Positions 48,496 to 58,959 of a stretch of 64,000 nucleotides of DNA are shown piece by piece. Position numbers and translations under genes: made by a program. Under the pieces are notes generated by a model. The model worked only from the letters and a program-made list of their open reading frames with translations. It was not told where the DNA came from and ran no database searches. Origin of the DNA: Candidatus Latescibacterota bacterium (GTDB lineage: Bacteria; Latescibacterota; UBA2968; UBA8231); NCBI GenBank assembly GCA_965243025.1, contig CBDETY010000003.1, forward strand, positions 3,136,001-3,200,000, in the 5' to 3' direction. How positions within the stretch are numbered: position 1 is the stretch's first letter; each line of letters begins with the position of its first letter.

Positions 48496-49953
48496 TCAAC
48501 CGGCTTCCAGGTATCCCCGTTTTTCCAGCGCTTCCCTGAAGGCGGCGTAGCGCTCTTCCAGTGCGGCGCCGCGGCCCCGGTCCGGGGTGAAGGTGCGCTC
48601 GGTCCGCACCATTGCCCGGGCGGCAGGCCACAGTCCGCCGAGCAGTACGGACGCCGCCAGGACCGCGCTGCCGAAGGCGGATTCGGGACATGCCGGCCGG
48701 TGGACGCTGCGGCCGGTGGCGTCGGCGCGCAGCTGCAGCCAGACGTCGCTCCGCGCCGCAGCCCCGGTCGCGTAGATGCCGCCGCCGCCGGCCCCTGCAG
48801 CGGCGTCGAGCACCTCGTACGCCAGGCGCTCGGTGAAAGCCACCCCCTGCAGGTTGGCGGCGTACCGCTCAAGGTTGGAGGCGGGCCCGGGATCGCAGAA
48901 CCCCTCGGCCCCGGCGCATGCGAACGGGAACCGCTCCCCGGTGCGCGCCAGCGGGTAAGCGGTCAGGGCGCTCGGAAGCAGGGGCTCGGCCTGCCGGTCG
49001 AGGGCCGCCGGGTCCTGCCCCGGGAACTGCGCCCCGATCCACTCCCCGCCGGTGTTGCTGGCGGCCCCGGGCAGCCAGTACCCGCCCGGCAGCTTGTGGG
49101 AGTACACCAGCCCGTCCGGTGAAGCCGCGGGACCGGAGGCGAGGCGCTTGAAGACCAGGGTCGTCCCGAGGGTGGTGTTGTCGTCTCCCGGCAGGTGCGC
49201 CCCGGAGGCGAGGAACGCCGCGGTGCCGTCGGTGGCCCCGGCGACCACCGCCGCCCCTGCAGGCAGCCCGGTCGCCGAGGCGGCCGCCGGGGACAGCTCG
49301 CCGAGGCGGGCCCCCGGAGCCGCCACCTCAGGAAGCCTCTCCCCCATTCCCTCGCAGGCGCGGACCCAGTCAGGCCAGCGCTCCTCGAACAGGTCGTACC
49401 CCGTCTTCAGGGCGTTGCTGTAGTCCGTGACTCCGGGTCGGGCCCCCAGGCGCGCGGCGATGTAGTCGGCCTGGTGGCAGAACCAGCGCGCCGCGGCGAC
49501 CGTTTCCGGCTCGCGGCGCAGCAGCCAGAGTATCCGGGCCGCGGCGAACGACGGCGCGAAGCGGTACCCGTGGCGGCGGCAGTGGCCGGCGGCGAGCCCG
49601 CACAGCTCCTCGGCCTCGGCGCCGGCGCGGGCGTCGTTGTACATCAGCGCCGGACGCACCGCTTCCCCGGCGCCGTTCATGCAGACGAGGGTGCCCGAGG
49701 TCCCGTCGACGGCCAGGGCCGCGACTGTCTCCGCCCGCTTCCCGAGCCGGCCGGCGACCCCGGCGAGGCAGGACCGGGCCGCCGTCCACCAGGACTCCGG
49801 ATCCTGCTCGTGCCAGCCACGGGGCAGCCCGCGGCGCGGCGGCGGGAAGGGCTGCCTGGCGGCCGCGGCGACCTCCCCCGAGGTCGAGACCGCGAGGGCG
49901 CGCACGCCTCCGGTCCCGGCGTCGATCCCTATCGCCAGCCTGTCATCCTGCAT
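48496..49953 (-). CDS. FGGY-family carbohydrate kinase
   Basis: GIDAGTGG, EQDP, DGTSGT, MYNDARA, GATDG, LGTTL. Confidence 0.92.
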   Translation of the reverse strand: MQDDRLAIGIDAGTGGVRALAVSTSGEVAAAARQPFPPPRRGLPRGWHEQDPESWWTAARSCLAGVAGRLGKRAETVAALAVDGTSGTLVCMNGAGEAVRPALMYNDARAGAEAEELCGLAAGHCRRHGYRFAPSFAAARILWLLRREPETVAAARWFCHQADYIAARLGARPGVTDYSNALKTGYDLFEERWPDWVRACEGMGERLPEVAAPGARLGELSPAAASATGLPAGAAVVAGATDGTAAFLASGAHLPGDDNTTLGTTLVFKRLASGPAASPDGLVYSHKLPGGYWLPGAASNTGGEWIGAQFPGQDPAALDRQAEPLLPSALTAYPLARTGERFPFACAGAEGFCDPGPASNLERYAANLQGVAFTERLAYEVLDAAAGAGGGGIYATGAAARSDVWLQLRADATGRSVHRPACPESAFGSAVLAASVLLGGLWPAARAMVRTERTFTPDRGRGAALEERYAAFREALEKRGYLEAG

Positions 49954-50196
49954 CCGGTTGCTCCCCGCTCCGGTTTCCACCTATGCTACGCAACCGCCAG
50001 GCGCTGTCCAACGAGCAGCGTGGGCGAAGCCGATCCTGCCGAAAACCGGGGGGTTGCCGGAGAGGTCAGCGCCCGGGAGACTCGCGCCTCCTCGCCGACG
50101 GAACAACGACATGCTTGAACCGGGCGAACCGGGCAATCTCCGTCCGGCCCCGGGGGCGGCCGCCCGGATCCCCACTGGATTCCAAGGAAGGAATAG

Positions 50197-50910
50197 ATGG
50201 CAAAGACAGCGGTAATCTCCGGCGTCGGCTCCGGTCTGGGAGCGTCGCTGGCGGTCAAGTTCGCCGACGAGGGGTACGACACCGCGCTGCTGGCGCGGTC
50301 GGATGGCTTCATCAACAGCCTCTCGCAGCAACTGCGCGAAGCCGGCCGGGACTCGCTGCCGATCGCCGCGGACATCACCGACCCGGCGCAGGTCGCCGAC
50401 GCCTTCGCGAGGGTGCGCGCCGAGCTTGGGGAGGTCGAGGTGCTGATCAACCACGCCGGCAACGCCGCCTGGGGGGACTTCGAGGGCCTGACCGCGGCGG
50501 AGTTCGAGCGTTCCTGGCGGGTCTGCGCCCTCGGCTCCTTCCTCTGCAGCAAGGAGGCGGCCGGCCCCATGGCGGAAAGGGGGTCGGGGACGATCCTGTT
50601 CACCGGGGCGACCTCGAGCATCCGCGGCCGCGGCGGCGCCGCCGCCTTCAGCAGCGCCAAGTTCGCGGTGCGCGGGCTCGCCTGGTCCCTGGCGCGCGAG
50701 CTGTGGCCGCGGGGAGTGCACGTCGCCCACGTGATCATCGACGGCCTGCTCGACACCCCGAAACTGCGCGAGGCCGGCGTCGACGCGGACGAGCCGGTGA
50801 TGGACACCGACGCGGTGGCCGAGGCGTACTGGAGCCTGGCGAGCCAGAAGCCCGGCGCCTGGGCCTTCGAGATCGACCTGCGGGCGCACCGGGAGGACTT
50901 CTTCGGCTGA
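50197..50910 (+). CDS. Short-chain dehydrogenase/reductase
   Basis: GVGSGLG, TGATSS.RG, FSSAKFA, HVAHVIIDG. Confidence 0.88.
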   Translation: MAKTAVISGVGSGLGASLAVKFADEGYDTALLARSDGFINSLSQQLREAGRDSLPIAADITDPAQVADAFARVRAELGEVEVLINHAGNAAWGDFEGLTAAEFERSWRVCALGSFLCSKEAAGPMAERGSGTILFTGATSSIRGRGGAAAFSSAKFAVRGLAWSLARELWPRGVHVAHVIIDGLLDTPKLREAGVDADEPVMDTDAVAEAYWSLASQKPGAWAFEIDLRAHREDFFG

Positions 50911-51038
50911 GAGGGGAAGCATTGGATGTAGAGGGAAAGGGCGAAGGGAAACGGACCGGCTCCCCGGGGGTTGAAAAAAATGAGATTGGAAAACTTGCCG
51001 CACCGCAACGGAAGAACGGCGCCGGGATCGAACCGCCC

Positions 51039-51773
51039 ATGAGCCCCCCGGCGGTCCAGGCCGTCCTCTTCGACCTCGACGACACCCTGATCGATTTCCA
51101 GTACTCGCGCCGGCACGGGCTGCGCGCGGTCCAGGAACTGCTGCCGGCGCTGGCGCCGGTGCGGCTCGAGGAGCTGGAGCTGGTCCACGACGAACAGCTG
51201 CACGCCAACTACCTGCGCACCCTCGACGGCAGCCTGTCGGACGACGAGGCCCGCCTCGAGCGCATGCGCGGCATCTGCGGCCGCTACGGGCTGCGGCCGG
51301 ACGAAGGGAGGATTGCCGAGGCGGCCGCGGCGTACGCCCGCGGGCAGCAGTCGAACGCGCGCCTCGTGCCGGGCGTCCCCGGGCTGCTCGAGGCCCTGCG
51401 GGGACGGGTGAAGATCGGGGTGGTAACCAACGGCCCGTCGGCGCGGCAGCGGGGCAAGCTCGAGTCCTTCGGCATCCGCCCCGACGGCCTCGACGCCCTG
51501 GCGATTTCCGGGGAGGTGGGGGCGGCCAAGCCCGACCCGGCGATATTCCGGCACGCCCTCGCCGCGCTGGGCGCGGCGCCGGAGCGGGTGACGATGGTCG
51601 GGGATTCCTGGGAGAACGACATCCTCGGCGCCCTCGGGAGCAGCATGGCCGCGGTCTGGCTCAACCGCTACCGGCTCACCTGTCCCGATCCCGGGCTCGC
51701 CGTCGAGATCAACGGGCTCGAGCCGGTCGGGGAAACCCTGCGGATCCTGGGAGTGCCGGCGAGCCGGGATTGA
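51039..51773 (+). CDS. HAD-superfamily hydrolase
   Basis: FDLDDTL, VTNG, KPDP.IF, MVGDSWENDI. Confidence 0.88.
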   Translation: MSPPAVQAVLFDLDDTLIDFQYSRRHGLRAVQELLPALAPVRLEELELVHDEQLHANYLRTLDGSLSDDEARLERMRGICGRYGLRPDEGRIAEAAAAYARGQQSNARLVPGVPGLLEALRGRVKIGVVTNGPSARQRGKLESFGIRPDGLDALAISGEVGAAKPDPAIFRHALAALGAAPERVTMVGDSWENDILGALGSSMAAVWLNRYRLTCPDPGLAVEINGLEPVGETLRILGVPASRD

Positions 51774-51798
51774 CCGCTGGCGGGGCCGGCGCCCGGCC

Positions 51799-52848
51799 CT
51801 ACCCGTGGCGCGAGCGCAGCAGTTCCGCCCCGCCGCACATCGCCTTCAGCTTCAGGTAGGCCTCGTCGAGGTCGATCGGGTTCTGCACCGACGGCGAGAA
51901 GCCGCAGTCCGGGTGCAGGACGATGCGCTCCTTGTCGACGTATTTCATCGCCTCCTCGACCCGCGACGCCACCAGCTCCGGGGTCTCGATCCCGCGGTCG
52001 CAGTGGTCGATGCACCCGAGCCCGAGCCTGGCCTCCTTCGGGAACGACGCCAGGCATCCCAGGCCGCCCGAGACCGGGGTGGCCAGCTCGAGGGAAAAGA
52101 TGTCGGCGGAAATGCGCGCCAGCCCGGACATGATCGGGTCGAGCGCCCCCTCGCTGCCGTGCCGGTGGTCGAAGTGGGCGTGACACAGGTGCAGGCCGGT
52201 GGTTACGCCCGTCACCCCCTCGAGGGTGGCGTTGACGACCTCGACGCAGAGGTCGATCTCGGCCTGCATGTCCTCGATGCCGTCTTCGGCCCGCTTCTCC
52301 GGATCGACGAGGACGCAGAGCCAGGGCTCGTCGAGCTGCACGGTGTCGGCCCCCGCCTCCTTCAGCAGCTCGATCTCCTGCCGCAGGACCGGGGCGCAGG
52401 CGCGCATCAGGTCGGAGGGGTGCGGATAGGCCTCGCGGGAGTGCTCCTCGTGCCACATGCGGCGGCCGATCGTGTACGGCCCCGGAATCGTCGCCTTTAC
52501 GCGCCGTCCGGTGCGGCTCCTGAGATAGCGGACCTCCTCGGCGGCGATCGGGCGGTGGTACTCGATCGGCTCGACCACGGCCGGGTAGGGAAGGCCGCTG
52601 ACGGTGAGGTCGGGCCGGAAGCCGCGCACGCGCTCGGCGAACACCTTGACGTAGCTCTCGCGCCGCCACTCGCCGTCGGTTATCTCCTCGAGGCCGGCCC
52701 GCTCCTGCAGCAGGATCGCCGATTCGATGGCGCCGTCGAGGATGCGGTCTGCATCCGCCTCGGACAGGGCTCCCGCCTTTCTTTCGAGAATGAGCTGCCG
52801 CACCCATTCCGGCCTGGGAAGGCTGCCGATCACGGTGGTTGGAAACAT
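51799..52848 (-). CDS. Cobalamin-independent methionine synthase II-like protein (single barrel)
   Basis: TTVIGSLPRP, TDGEWRR, QLDEP, HLCH, LE, PDCGF zinc ligands. Confidence 0.87.
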   Translation of the reverse strand: MFPTTVIGSLPRPEWVRQLILERKAGALSEADADRILDGAIESAILLQERAGLEEITDGEWRRESYVKVFAERVRGFRPDLTVSGLPYPAVVEPIEYHRPIAAEEVRYLRSRTGRRVKATIPGPYTIGRRMWHEEHSREAYPHPSDLMRACAPVLRQEIELLKEAGADTVQLDEPWLCVLVDPEKRAEDGIEDMQAEIDLCVEVVNATLEGVTGVTTGLHLCHAHFDHRHGSEGALDPIMSGLARISADIFSLELATPVSGGLGCLASFPKEARLGLGCIDHCDRGIETPELVASRVEEAMKYVDKERIVLHPDCGFSPSVQNPIDLDEAYLKLKAMCGGAELLRSRHG

Positions 52849-52995
52849 GCCGTCCTCCAAAGTGCCTGGTTGCGCAATTCCGCGTGAATCCGGCCGCTCG
52901 ATTGCGCGCGCAGCACCGGCTGATCGTCGATTGACTGCGTTCCGGTTGCGCATATAGTAAGCCGGCACCTGAAGCGGATAAACGGAAGGACCTCC

Positions 52996-53805
52996 ATGGG
53001 GGACAGACTGAAAGACAAGGTCGCCATCGTCTGCGGCGCCGGTTCCATCGGGCCGGGATGGGGCAACGGCAAGGCCGCCGCGGTGCTGTTCGCGCGCGAG
53101 GGGGCCAAGGTGCTCGCTGCCGACATCGAACCGGAGGCGGCGGAGGAGACCGCCGGCATCATCGCCGATGAAGGAGGGGAGTGCAGCGTCGCCGCGTGCG
53201 ACGTGTCGAAAGGGCACGAAGTCGAGGCCATGACCGCCCGCTGCATCGAGTTGTACGGCCGCGTCGACGTCCTCCACAACAACGTCGGCATCCTGCGGCT
53301 CGGGGGGCCGGTGGAAAGCAGCGAGGAGGACTGGGACCTCGTCTGCGACGTCAACCTCAAGTCCGTCTTCCTCACCTGCAAAAGCGTGCTGCCCCACATG
53401 GAGCGCCAGGGGGGCGGGGCCATCGTCAACGTCGCCTCGATTTCCGGAATCCGCTGGCTCGGCGTCCCGTACATATCGTACAGCGCCACCAAGGCGGCGG
53501 TGATCCAGTTCAGCCAGTCGGTCGCGCTCCAGTACGCGGCGCGCAACATCCGCTGCAACAGCATCCTCCCCGGCCTGATGAACACGCCGATGGCGCGCAA
53601 GTCGGTGGCCGAGGCGTACTCGGGGGGGGACGTCGAGAAGATGATCGCGATCAGGGACGCGCAGGTGCCGATGGGCCGGCAGGGGGACGCCTGGGACGTC
53701 GCCTACGCCGCCCTCTTCCTCGCCTCGGACGAGGCCAGGTACGTCACCGGCACCCAGCTGGTCGTCGACGGCGGCTTCACCTGCAGCGCCGTGTCTCCCC
53801 CGTGA
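52996..53805 (+). CDS. Short-chain dehydrogenase/reductase
   Basis: GWGNGKA, HNNVG, YSATK, VDGG. Confidence 0.9.
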   Translation: MGDRLKDKVAIVCGAGSIGPGWGNGKAAAVLFAREGAKVLAADIEPEAAEETAGIIADEGGECSVAACDVSKGHEVEAMTARCIELYGRVDVLHNNVGILRLGGPVESSEEDWDLVCDVNLKSVFLTCKSVLPHMERQGGGAIVNVASISGIRWLGVPYISYSATKAAVIQFSQSVALQYAARNIRCNSILPGLMNTPMARKSVAEAYSGGDVEKMIAIRDAQVPMGRQGDAWDVAYAALFLASDEARYVTGTQLVVDGGFTCSAVSPP

Positions 53806-53870
53806 TCCGGGGCGCCGGCAGGCGGCTGGACGAACCGGCGGGCGAAACTCAAACCCGGAAAGAGAAGGGA

Positions 53871-54872
53871 ATGCGGAACGGACTCCTGGCGATCCTGGCC
53901 GCGGCCGCCGTTGCGGCCGGCTGCGGCCGCGGCGGCCCGGAAGAAGAGGGCCGCCTCAGGATCGGCTATATCGTCAACTTCATGTCGCACGAGTGGTACC
54001 AGAACATCTGTGCGGCGGCCGAGGCGCGCGCCTCGGAGCTCGGGGTGGACCTCGTCATCGCCGACGCCAACCTCGACATCGCCGCGCAGATCTCCAAGGC
54101 GGAGAACATGATCGCCCAGGGAGTCGACGTGCTGGCCCTCACCCCGGTCGACGCCAAGGCCCTCGGCGTCGTCATCGGGCAGGCCCGGGCCAGGGGCATC
54201 CGGGTGCTGACCGAATCGAACCCCGCCGCCGGCGCCGAGACCTACGTCGGCATCGACAACCGGGCGGCCGGGCGCAAGGCCGGGGACTGGTTCGTCGAGC
54301 ACGCCGCGGCAACCGGGATCGACCCGAAAATCCTCCTCGTCGGCTTCCCGAACTTCGAGGACTGCCGGCAGCGCGTCGACGGGTTCGTCTCCGCCCTGGA
54401 CGATGCCGGCCTCTCCGGGGCGGTGGTCCAGGAAGTCGACGGCCAGGGCCTCAAGGAGAAGGCCTTCAAGGTCGCCCAGGACGCCCTGACCGCCCATCCG
54501 CAAATCAACGTCCTCTTCGGGATCAACGACGATTCGACCACCGGCGCCATGGCCGCCTACCGCGCCGCCGGCCTCGACGAGAGCGAGCTGCTGGCGATCG
54601 GGTTCGGGTTCGAGGGCTCGGTAGGGCGCACCGCCCTGCTCGGGGACACCCCGTACAAGGCGGCGCTGGCGATGTTCCCCCACTTCGTCGGCGCCTCGAT
54701 CGTCGACGCCGCCGTCAGCCTCGCCGCAGGGGATACCCTGCCGGCGCATTACGAGACCCCGACGATCATGATCACGCGCGCCAACTTCCCGCAGTTCTAC
54801 GGCGGCCCCGGGGAGGGCTACCCCATGAAGGTCGAGGCGGTGCGCCGGCTGATGGCGGCTTCCCGCAGGTAG
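53871..54872 (+). CDS. Monosaccharide ABC substrate-binding lipoprotein (RbsB-like)
   Basis: Lipobox AAGC; VGIDN, R..GF, GIND motifs. Confidence 0.88.
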   Translation: MRNGLLAILAAAAVAAGCGRGGPEEEGRLRIGYIVNFMSHEWYQNICAAAEARASELGVDLVIADANLDIAAQISKAENMIAQGVDVLALTPVDAKALGVVIGQARARGIRVLTESNPAAGAETYVGIDNRAAGRKAGDWFVEHAAATGIDPKILLVGFPNFEDCRQRVDGFVSALDDAGLSGAVVQEVDGQGLKEKAFKVAQDALTAHPQINVLFGINDDSTTGAMAAYRAAGLDESELLAIGFGFEGSVGRTALLGDTPYKAALAMFPHFVGASIVDAAVSLAAGDTLPAHYETPTIMITRANFPQFYGGPGEGYPMKVEAVRRLMAASRR

Positions 54873-54886
54873 AAGCGCAACCCGGA

Positions 54887-55855
54887 ATGCGGACCTTGGC
54901 GTCGCGCCTGCTGCACAGCGAGCAGGCCGGCCTGCTGATCGCCCTGCTGCTCCTGTGCGCCGTCATCGCCGTGCTGTCGCCGGTCTTCCTGACGGTGGCC
55001 AACGTCACCAACATCCTTCGCGACGCCTCGCTGGTGGCGATCGCCGGCATCGGCATGGCCCTGATCATCCTGCAGGGAGAGATCGACCTCAGCGTCGGCT
55101 CGGCCCAGGCGGTCGCCGGCATTCTGGCGGTCCTCGTCCTCAACGGCAGCGGCAGCATCCTTCTGGCCTTCGCCGCGGCCCTGTGCCTCGGCGCCGGGGT
55201 CGGAGTCGCCAACGGCCTGCTGGTGACGAGGGCGGGCATCAACTCGCTGATCGCCACCCTGGGAATGATGGCGATCCTGCGCGGGGCGGCCATGGTGTCG
55301 ACGCAGGCGGTGTCCATCCAGGCGGCGGTCCCCGGCTTCAGCGACATCGGCACCGGCCACCTTGGACCCCTGCCGCTGCCGGTCGCCGTCGCCGCCTTCT
55401 TCTTCGCCTTTTTCTACTTCGTCCTCCACCACACCCCGTTCGGCCGCTACATCTACGCCGTCGGCGGCAACGCCGAGGCCGCCCGCCTCGCCGGCCTGCC
55501 GGTCGAGCGGATCAAGGTGACGGTGTTCGCCATCGGCGGGGCCATGGCGGCGATCAGCGCCTTCATCCTCGCCTCGCGCCTCAACTCCGGGCAGCCGAAC
55601 GCCGGGCTCGGCTTCGAGCTGCAGGTGATCGCCGCGGTCGTGCTCGGGGGCGTCAGCCTCACCGGGGGCGTCGGGTCGCTCGCCGGGGCGATCCTCGGCA
55701 TCCTCATCCTCACGGTGCTCAACAACGGCCTCGTGCTGCTCAACGTCTCCTCCTTCTACCACGACATCGCCCGCGGCCTCGTCATCATCCTCGCCGTGTA
55801 CCTCGACCGCCGCCGCCGCGATTCCGTCCTGCGCCGGCTGCTGGCCAACCCGTGA
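54887..55855 (+). CDS. Monosaccharide ABC permease (RbsC-like)
   Basis: GEIDLSVGS, FGRYIYAVGGNAEAARLAG, FELQVIAAVVLGG. Confidence 0.93.
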   Translation: MRTLASRLLHSEQAGLLIALLLLCAVIAVLSPVFLTVANVTNILRDASLVAIAGIGMALIILQGEIDLSVGSAQAVAGILAVLVLNGSGSILLAFAAALCLGAGVGVANGLLVTRAGINSLIATLGMMAILRGAAMVSTQAVSIQAAVPGFSDIGTGHLGPLPLPVAVAAFFFAFFYFVLHHTPFGRYIYAVGGNAEAARLAGLPVERIKVTVFAIGGAMAAISAFILASRLNSGQPNAGLGFELQVIAAVVLGGVSLTGGVGSLAGAILGILILTVLNNGLVLLNVSSFYHDIARGLVIILAVYLDRRRRDSVLRRLLANP

Positions 55856-57348
55856 CCTCCCCGGCCGGGAAGGGCGAGCCGCTGCTCGACCTGCGCCGGA
55901 TCAGCAAGCGCTTCCCCGGTGTGCAGGCCCTGGCCGAGGTCGATTTCGATCTGCGCCGGGGGGAGGTGCACGCCCTCGTCGGCGAGAACGGGGCCGGCAA
56001 ATCGACGCTGATCAAGATCCTCACCGGCGTGCACCGGGCCGACGGCGGCTCGTACGCCATCGACGGCCGCCCGGCCGCCGCCGGCGATCCGCGGGCGGCG
56101 ATTGCCGCCGGCATCAGCGTCGTCTACCAGGAGCCGAAGCTGGCGCCCAACCTGTCGGTGGCGGAGAACATCTTCTTCGGCCGGCTCCCTTCGCGGCGGG
56201 GGCGGGTCGCCTGGCGGCGCCTTCACGAGGAGGCGGCCGCAGCCCTGGGCCAGGTCGGCCTCGAAGTCGACCCGCGGCGGCAGGTCCGCCACCTCGGCAT
56301 CGGCGAGCAGCAGCTCGTCGAGGTGGCGCAGGCGCTGACGCAGTCGGCGCGCGTCCTCATCCTCGACGAGCCCACCTCCGCCCTCAGCCCGCGCGAGATC
56401 GAGCGGCTTTTCGCGCTGATCCGGCGGCTGCGGCAGGAGGGGGCGGCGATCGTGTACGTGTCGCACAAGCTCGAGGAGATCCTCGCCCTCTCCGACCGGG
56501 TCACCGTGCTGCGGGACGGCAGGCTGGTGCGCACCGCCCCGGCGGCCGAGCTCGACGGCGAACGGCTGATCTCCCTGATGGCGGGAAGGGCCCTCGGCCC
56601 CGGGGGGGCCTCAGCTCCGGCCGGCAGCGGCGAAATCGCCATCGAAGTGCGGAACCTGTCTACCGCCCGGGTGCGCGACGTCAGCTTCCGCGCCCACCGC
56701 GGCGAGATCGTGGGCTTCTCCGGGCTGATGGGGGCCGGCCGCACCGAGCTCGCCCGCGCCGTCCTGGGTGCCGATCCGCGGCGTGAAGGGGAGATCGAGG
56801 TCGGCGGGAAGAGGCTGCCCCCGGACTCGACCGCGGCAGCCCGCCGTCTCGGAGTCGGGCTGGTCCCCGAGGACCGCCGCGGCGGAGGGCTCTTCCCGGA
56901 GCAGCCGGTGCTGCACAACATGACAGTCGCCGCCCTCGACCGTTTCTGCTCGCGCGGGGTCATCAGTGCCGCCCGGGAGCGGGCGGCGGCCGCCGCCCTC
57001 GTCGGGGAGCTGTCGATCCGCACCCCTTCGCTGCGGCAGCGGATCGCCGTGCTCAGCGGCGGCAACCAGCAGAAGGTCCTCGTGGCGCGCTGGCTGATGC
57101 AGCCGAACCTCGAGGTGCTGTTCGTCGACGAGCCCACCCGGGGCATCGACGTCGGCGCCCGCTTCGAGATCTACCGCCTGCTGCTGGAAATGGCGGACCG
57201 GGGGCTCGCGGTGATCGTCATCTCTTCGGAGATCCCGGAGCTGCTGCGGCTGTGCAACCGCATCTACGTGATGAAGGGGGGCGGCATCGTCGCCGAGCTT
57301 CCCGGGGCCGGCACCACCCCGGAAGAGCTGCTGGCCAGGGCGATATGA
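55852..57348 (+). CDS. Monosaccharide ABC ATP-binding protein (RbsA-like)
   Basis: GENGAGKST, LDEPTS, LSGGNQQK, DEPTRGIDVG. Confidence 0.94.
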   Translation: MTSPAGKGEPLLDLRRISKRFPGVQALAEVDFDLRRGEVHALVGENGAGKSTLIKILTGVHRADGGSYAIDGRPAAAGDPRAAIAAGISVVYQEPKLAPNLSVAENIFFGRLPSRRGRVAWRRLHEEAAAALGQVGLEVDPRRQVRHLGIGEQQLVEVAQALTQSARVLILDEPTSALSPREIERLFALIRRLRQEGAAIVYVSHKLEEILALSDRVTVLRDGRLVRTAPAAELDGERLISLMAGRALGPGGASAPAGSGEIAIEVRNLSTARVRDVSFRAHRGEIVGFSGLMGAGRTELARAVLGADPRREGEIEVGGKRLPPDSTAAARRLGVGLVPEDRRGGGLFPEQPVLHNMTVAALDRFCSRGVISAARERAAAAALVGELSIRTPSLRQRIAVLSGGNQQKVLVARWLMQPNLEVLFVDEPTRGIDVGARFEIYRLLLEMADRGLAVIVISSEIPELLRLCNRIYVMKGGGIVAELPGAGTTPEELLARAI

Positions 57349-57391
57349 GATCCCCGGGAGCCTGCCGGACTCATGGGATGCAGTGCCGCTT

Positions 57392-58708
57392 CTAAATCGT
57401 CGGACGCTCCCCTTCAAGCCAAATGGACTGCCTTATTTCTTTCGCTGAACGCCTGGCGCCGGCAGCAGCCGTGCTTGAACTTACGTACTCGAAATTACCC
57501 TGCCTTCCGACGCCATCAATGCCCAAGTTTGCAAGCTTTGCCCGTTCACCTTGTACTTTCTCCGTGTCCCCATGTCTGAATACGGGATATGCATGCTCCG
57601 TAACTGCCTTGCCCAGATAGCTCGGTGGTTTGTGGAAAACACTATGCTGGAAAACATGCCGCTCAAAGTCCTCGATGAGCTTTTCAATATGAGATTCAGA
57701 GGTATGTCTCGTGGTGATCTCAACAATTAAATACGACTCACCATCCAGGCGATAGAGAGCAGAATGATTGGTGATGCGCTTCCAGGATCCAGATAATGTA
57801 AAATTGAACAGGGTCGTCCAGTCGCCGCGAGGGGTTCCTTTGTAGAACAGGGAAACCAGGTTCATGGTTTCCAGTTCGACTTCTGTATCCGCCCCTGTGA
57901 GTTTCAACATCGAAGGAATGGGAATGGTCGAAACAACACGATCGTAACTTCGCAATTCCGAATTGAAGGTGACGGTAAATCTGCCTTGTGACCGCGCTAC
58001 TTTGTCGACCTCTGTATTGAGATATACGGTGGTTCCCAGGGACTGCAGGTACTGCTGAATCAGCGCGTATGCTGCATCGAATCCCGCTATCGGCTTCACG
58101 TAAATGCAATCCGTATGCTCAGCTGGTTTTCTTTTTCTCTTCAATGCTTGAAACAGCATCCGGTAAATCGGGTAATTTTTTATGTAGGACAGCCTTTGAA
58201 GCGCAAATTCGATCCCGACGTCTTGATCCGAAATGCCATAGAGGCGTTCGAGGTAGTGCTGGATGCCGCTGTTCCGATACACAGCCCTGCCCATATGGTA
58301 TTTTGCGTAAGCCGGAACATTTTTTCGGCGATGGTACAACAGTTTGCATACTGCAACGTCGAGTGCCGCATACAGGACGCCCAGCCAGCCATGGTCTCGG
58401 GCGTATGTGTTGATTGTGAGGGGATACGTGTCCACGCTGCCGCGAGGCGTAATCGTGCGCTGTCTCAGTTGAACCCGGGTAAAATGATCCTTTAAGAAAG
58501 GGAAACTGACAAACATGTCGTGGTTCTCGTTGAAAATGAAATACCCGATATCAAACGCTATTCCGTCCACACGGACACTGCGATGCAGACCGCCAAGTCG
58601 GGGCGCACGCTCGATCACGTCGACCGACAGACGAGGGTCTTTGGCCAGTTCACAGGCCGCGCATACGCCTGAGATTCCACCTCCTATAACCGCAATTCTC
58701 TTGCTCAT
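57392..58708 (-). CDS. FAD-dependent oxidoreductase (HemY/UDP-galactopyranose-mutase-like superfamily)
   Basis: IAVIGGGISG, ER..RLGG, FDIG, STIP, AYP, GRQGNFEY; markedly AT-richer codon usage. Confidence 0.8.
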   Translation of the reverse strand: MSKRIAVIGGGISGVCAACELAKDPRLSVDVIERAPRLGGLHRSVRVDGIAFDIGYFIFNENHDMFVSFPFLKDHFTRVQLRQRTITPRGSVDTYPLTINTYARDHGWLGVLYAALDVAVCKLLYHRRKNVPAYAKYHMGRAVYRNSGIQHYLERLYGISDQDVGIEFALQRLSYIKNYPIYRMLFQALKRKRKPAEHTDCIYVKPIAGFDAAYALIQQYLQSLGTTVYLNTEVDKVARSQGRFTVTFNSELRSYDRVVSTIPIPSMLKLTGADTEVELETMNLVSLFYKGTPRGDWTTLFNFTLSGSWKRITNHSALYRLDGESYLIVEITTRHTSESHIEKLIEDFERHVFQHSVFHKPPSYLGKAVTEHAYPVFRHGDTEKVQGERAKLANLGIDGVGRQGNFEYVSSSTAAAGARRSAKEIRQSIWLEGERPTI

Positions 58709-58959
58709 GCCGTGTTCCGGGCACGCTCATGCCCCAGCTTCCACCGTCCAGGCGGTCAGTCCGGTGATCCGACCACGTCGGGGCTTCGCGAATGAGCGTT
58801 CGATTCTCTGTCTGGAAACGCCCCGAAAACGATTCCATCGCCGGGTTGTGGCGAGCTCCGTGCTCTGCGAACGAAACCCGGGAGTGTAGGCCAGGCAGCG
58901 GGATGTGCGAATCCCAAGTGCAGATGGCCCCGAGAGGCAGGGACGGCAGGCATCGGTCA

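Noticed and set aside
52849-52995. SAM or cobalamin riboswitch upstream of the MetE-like gene
   Set aside because: No recognisable conserved motifs; short divergent spacer
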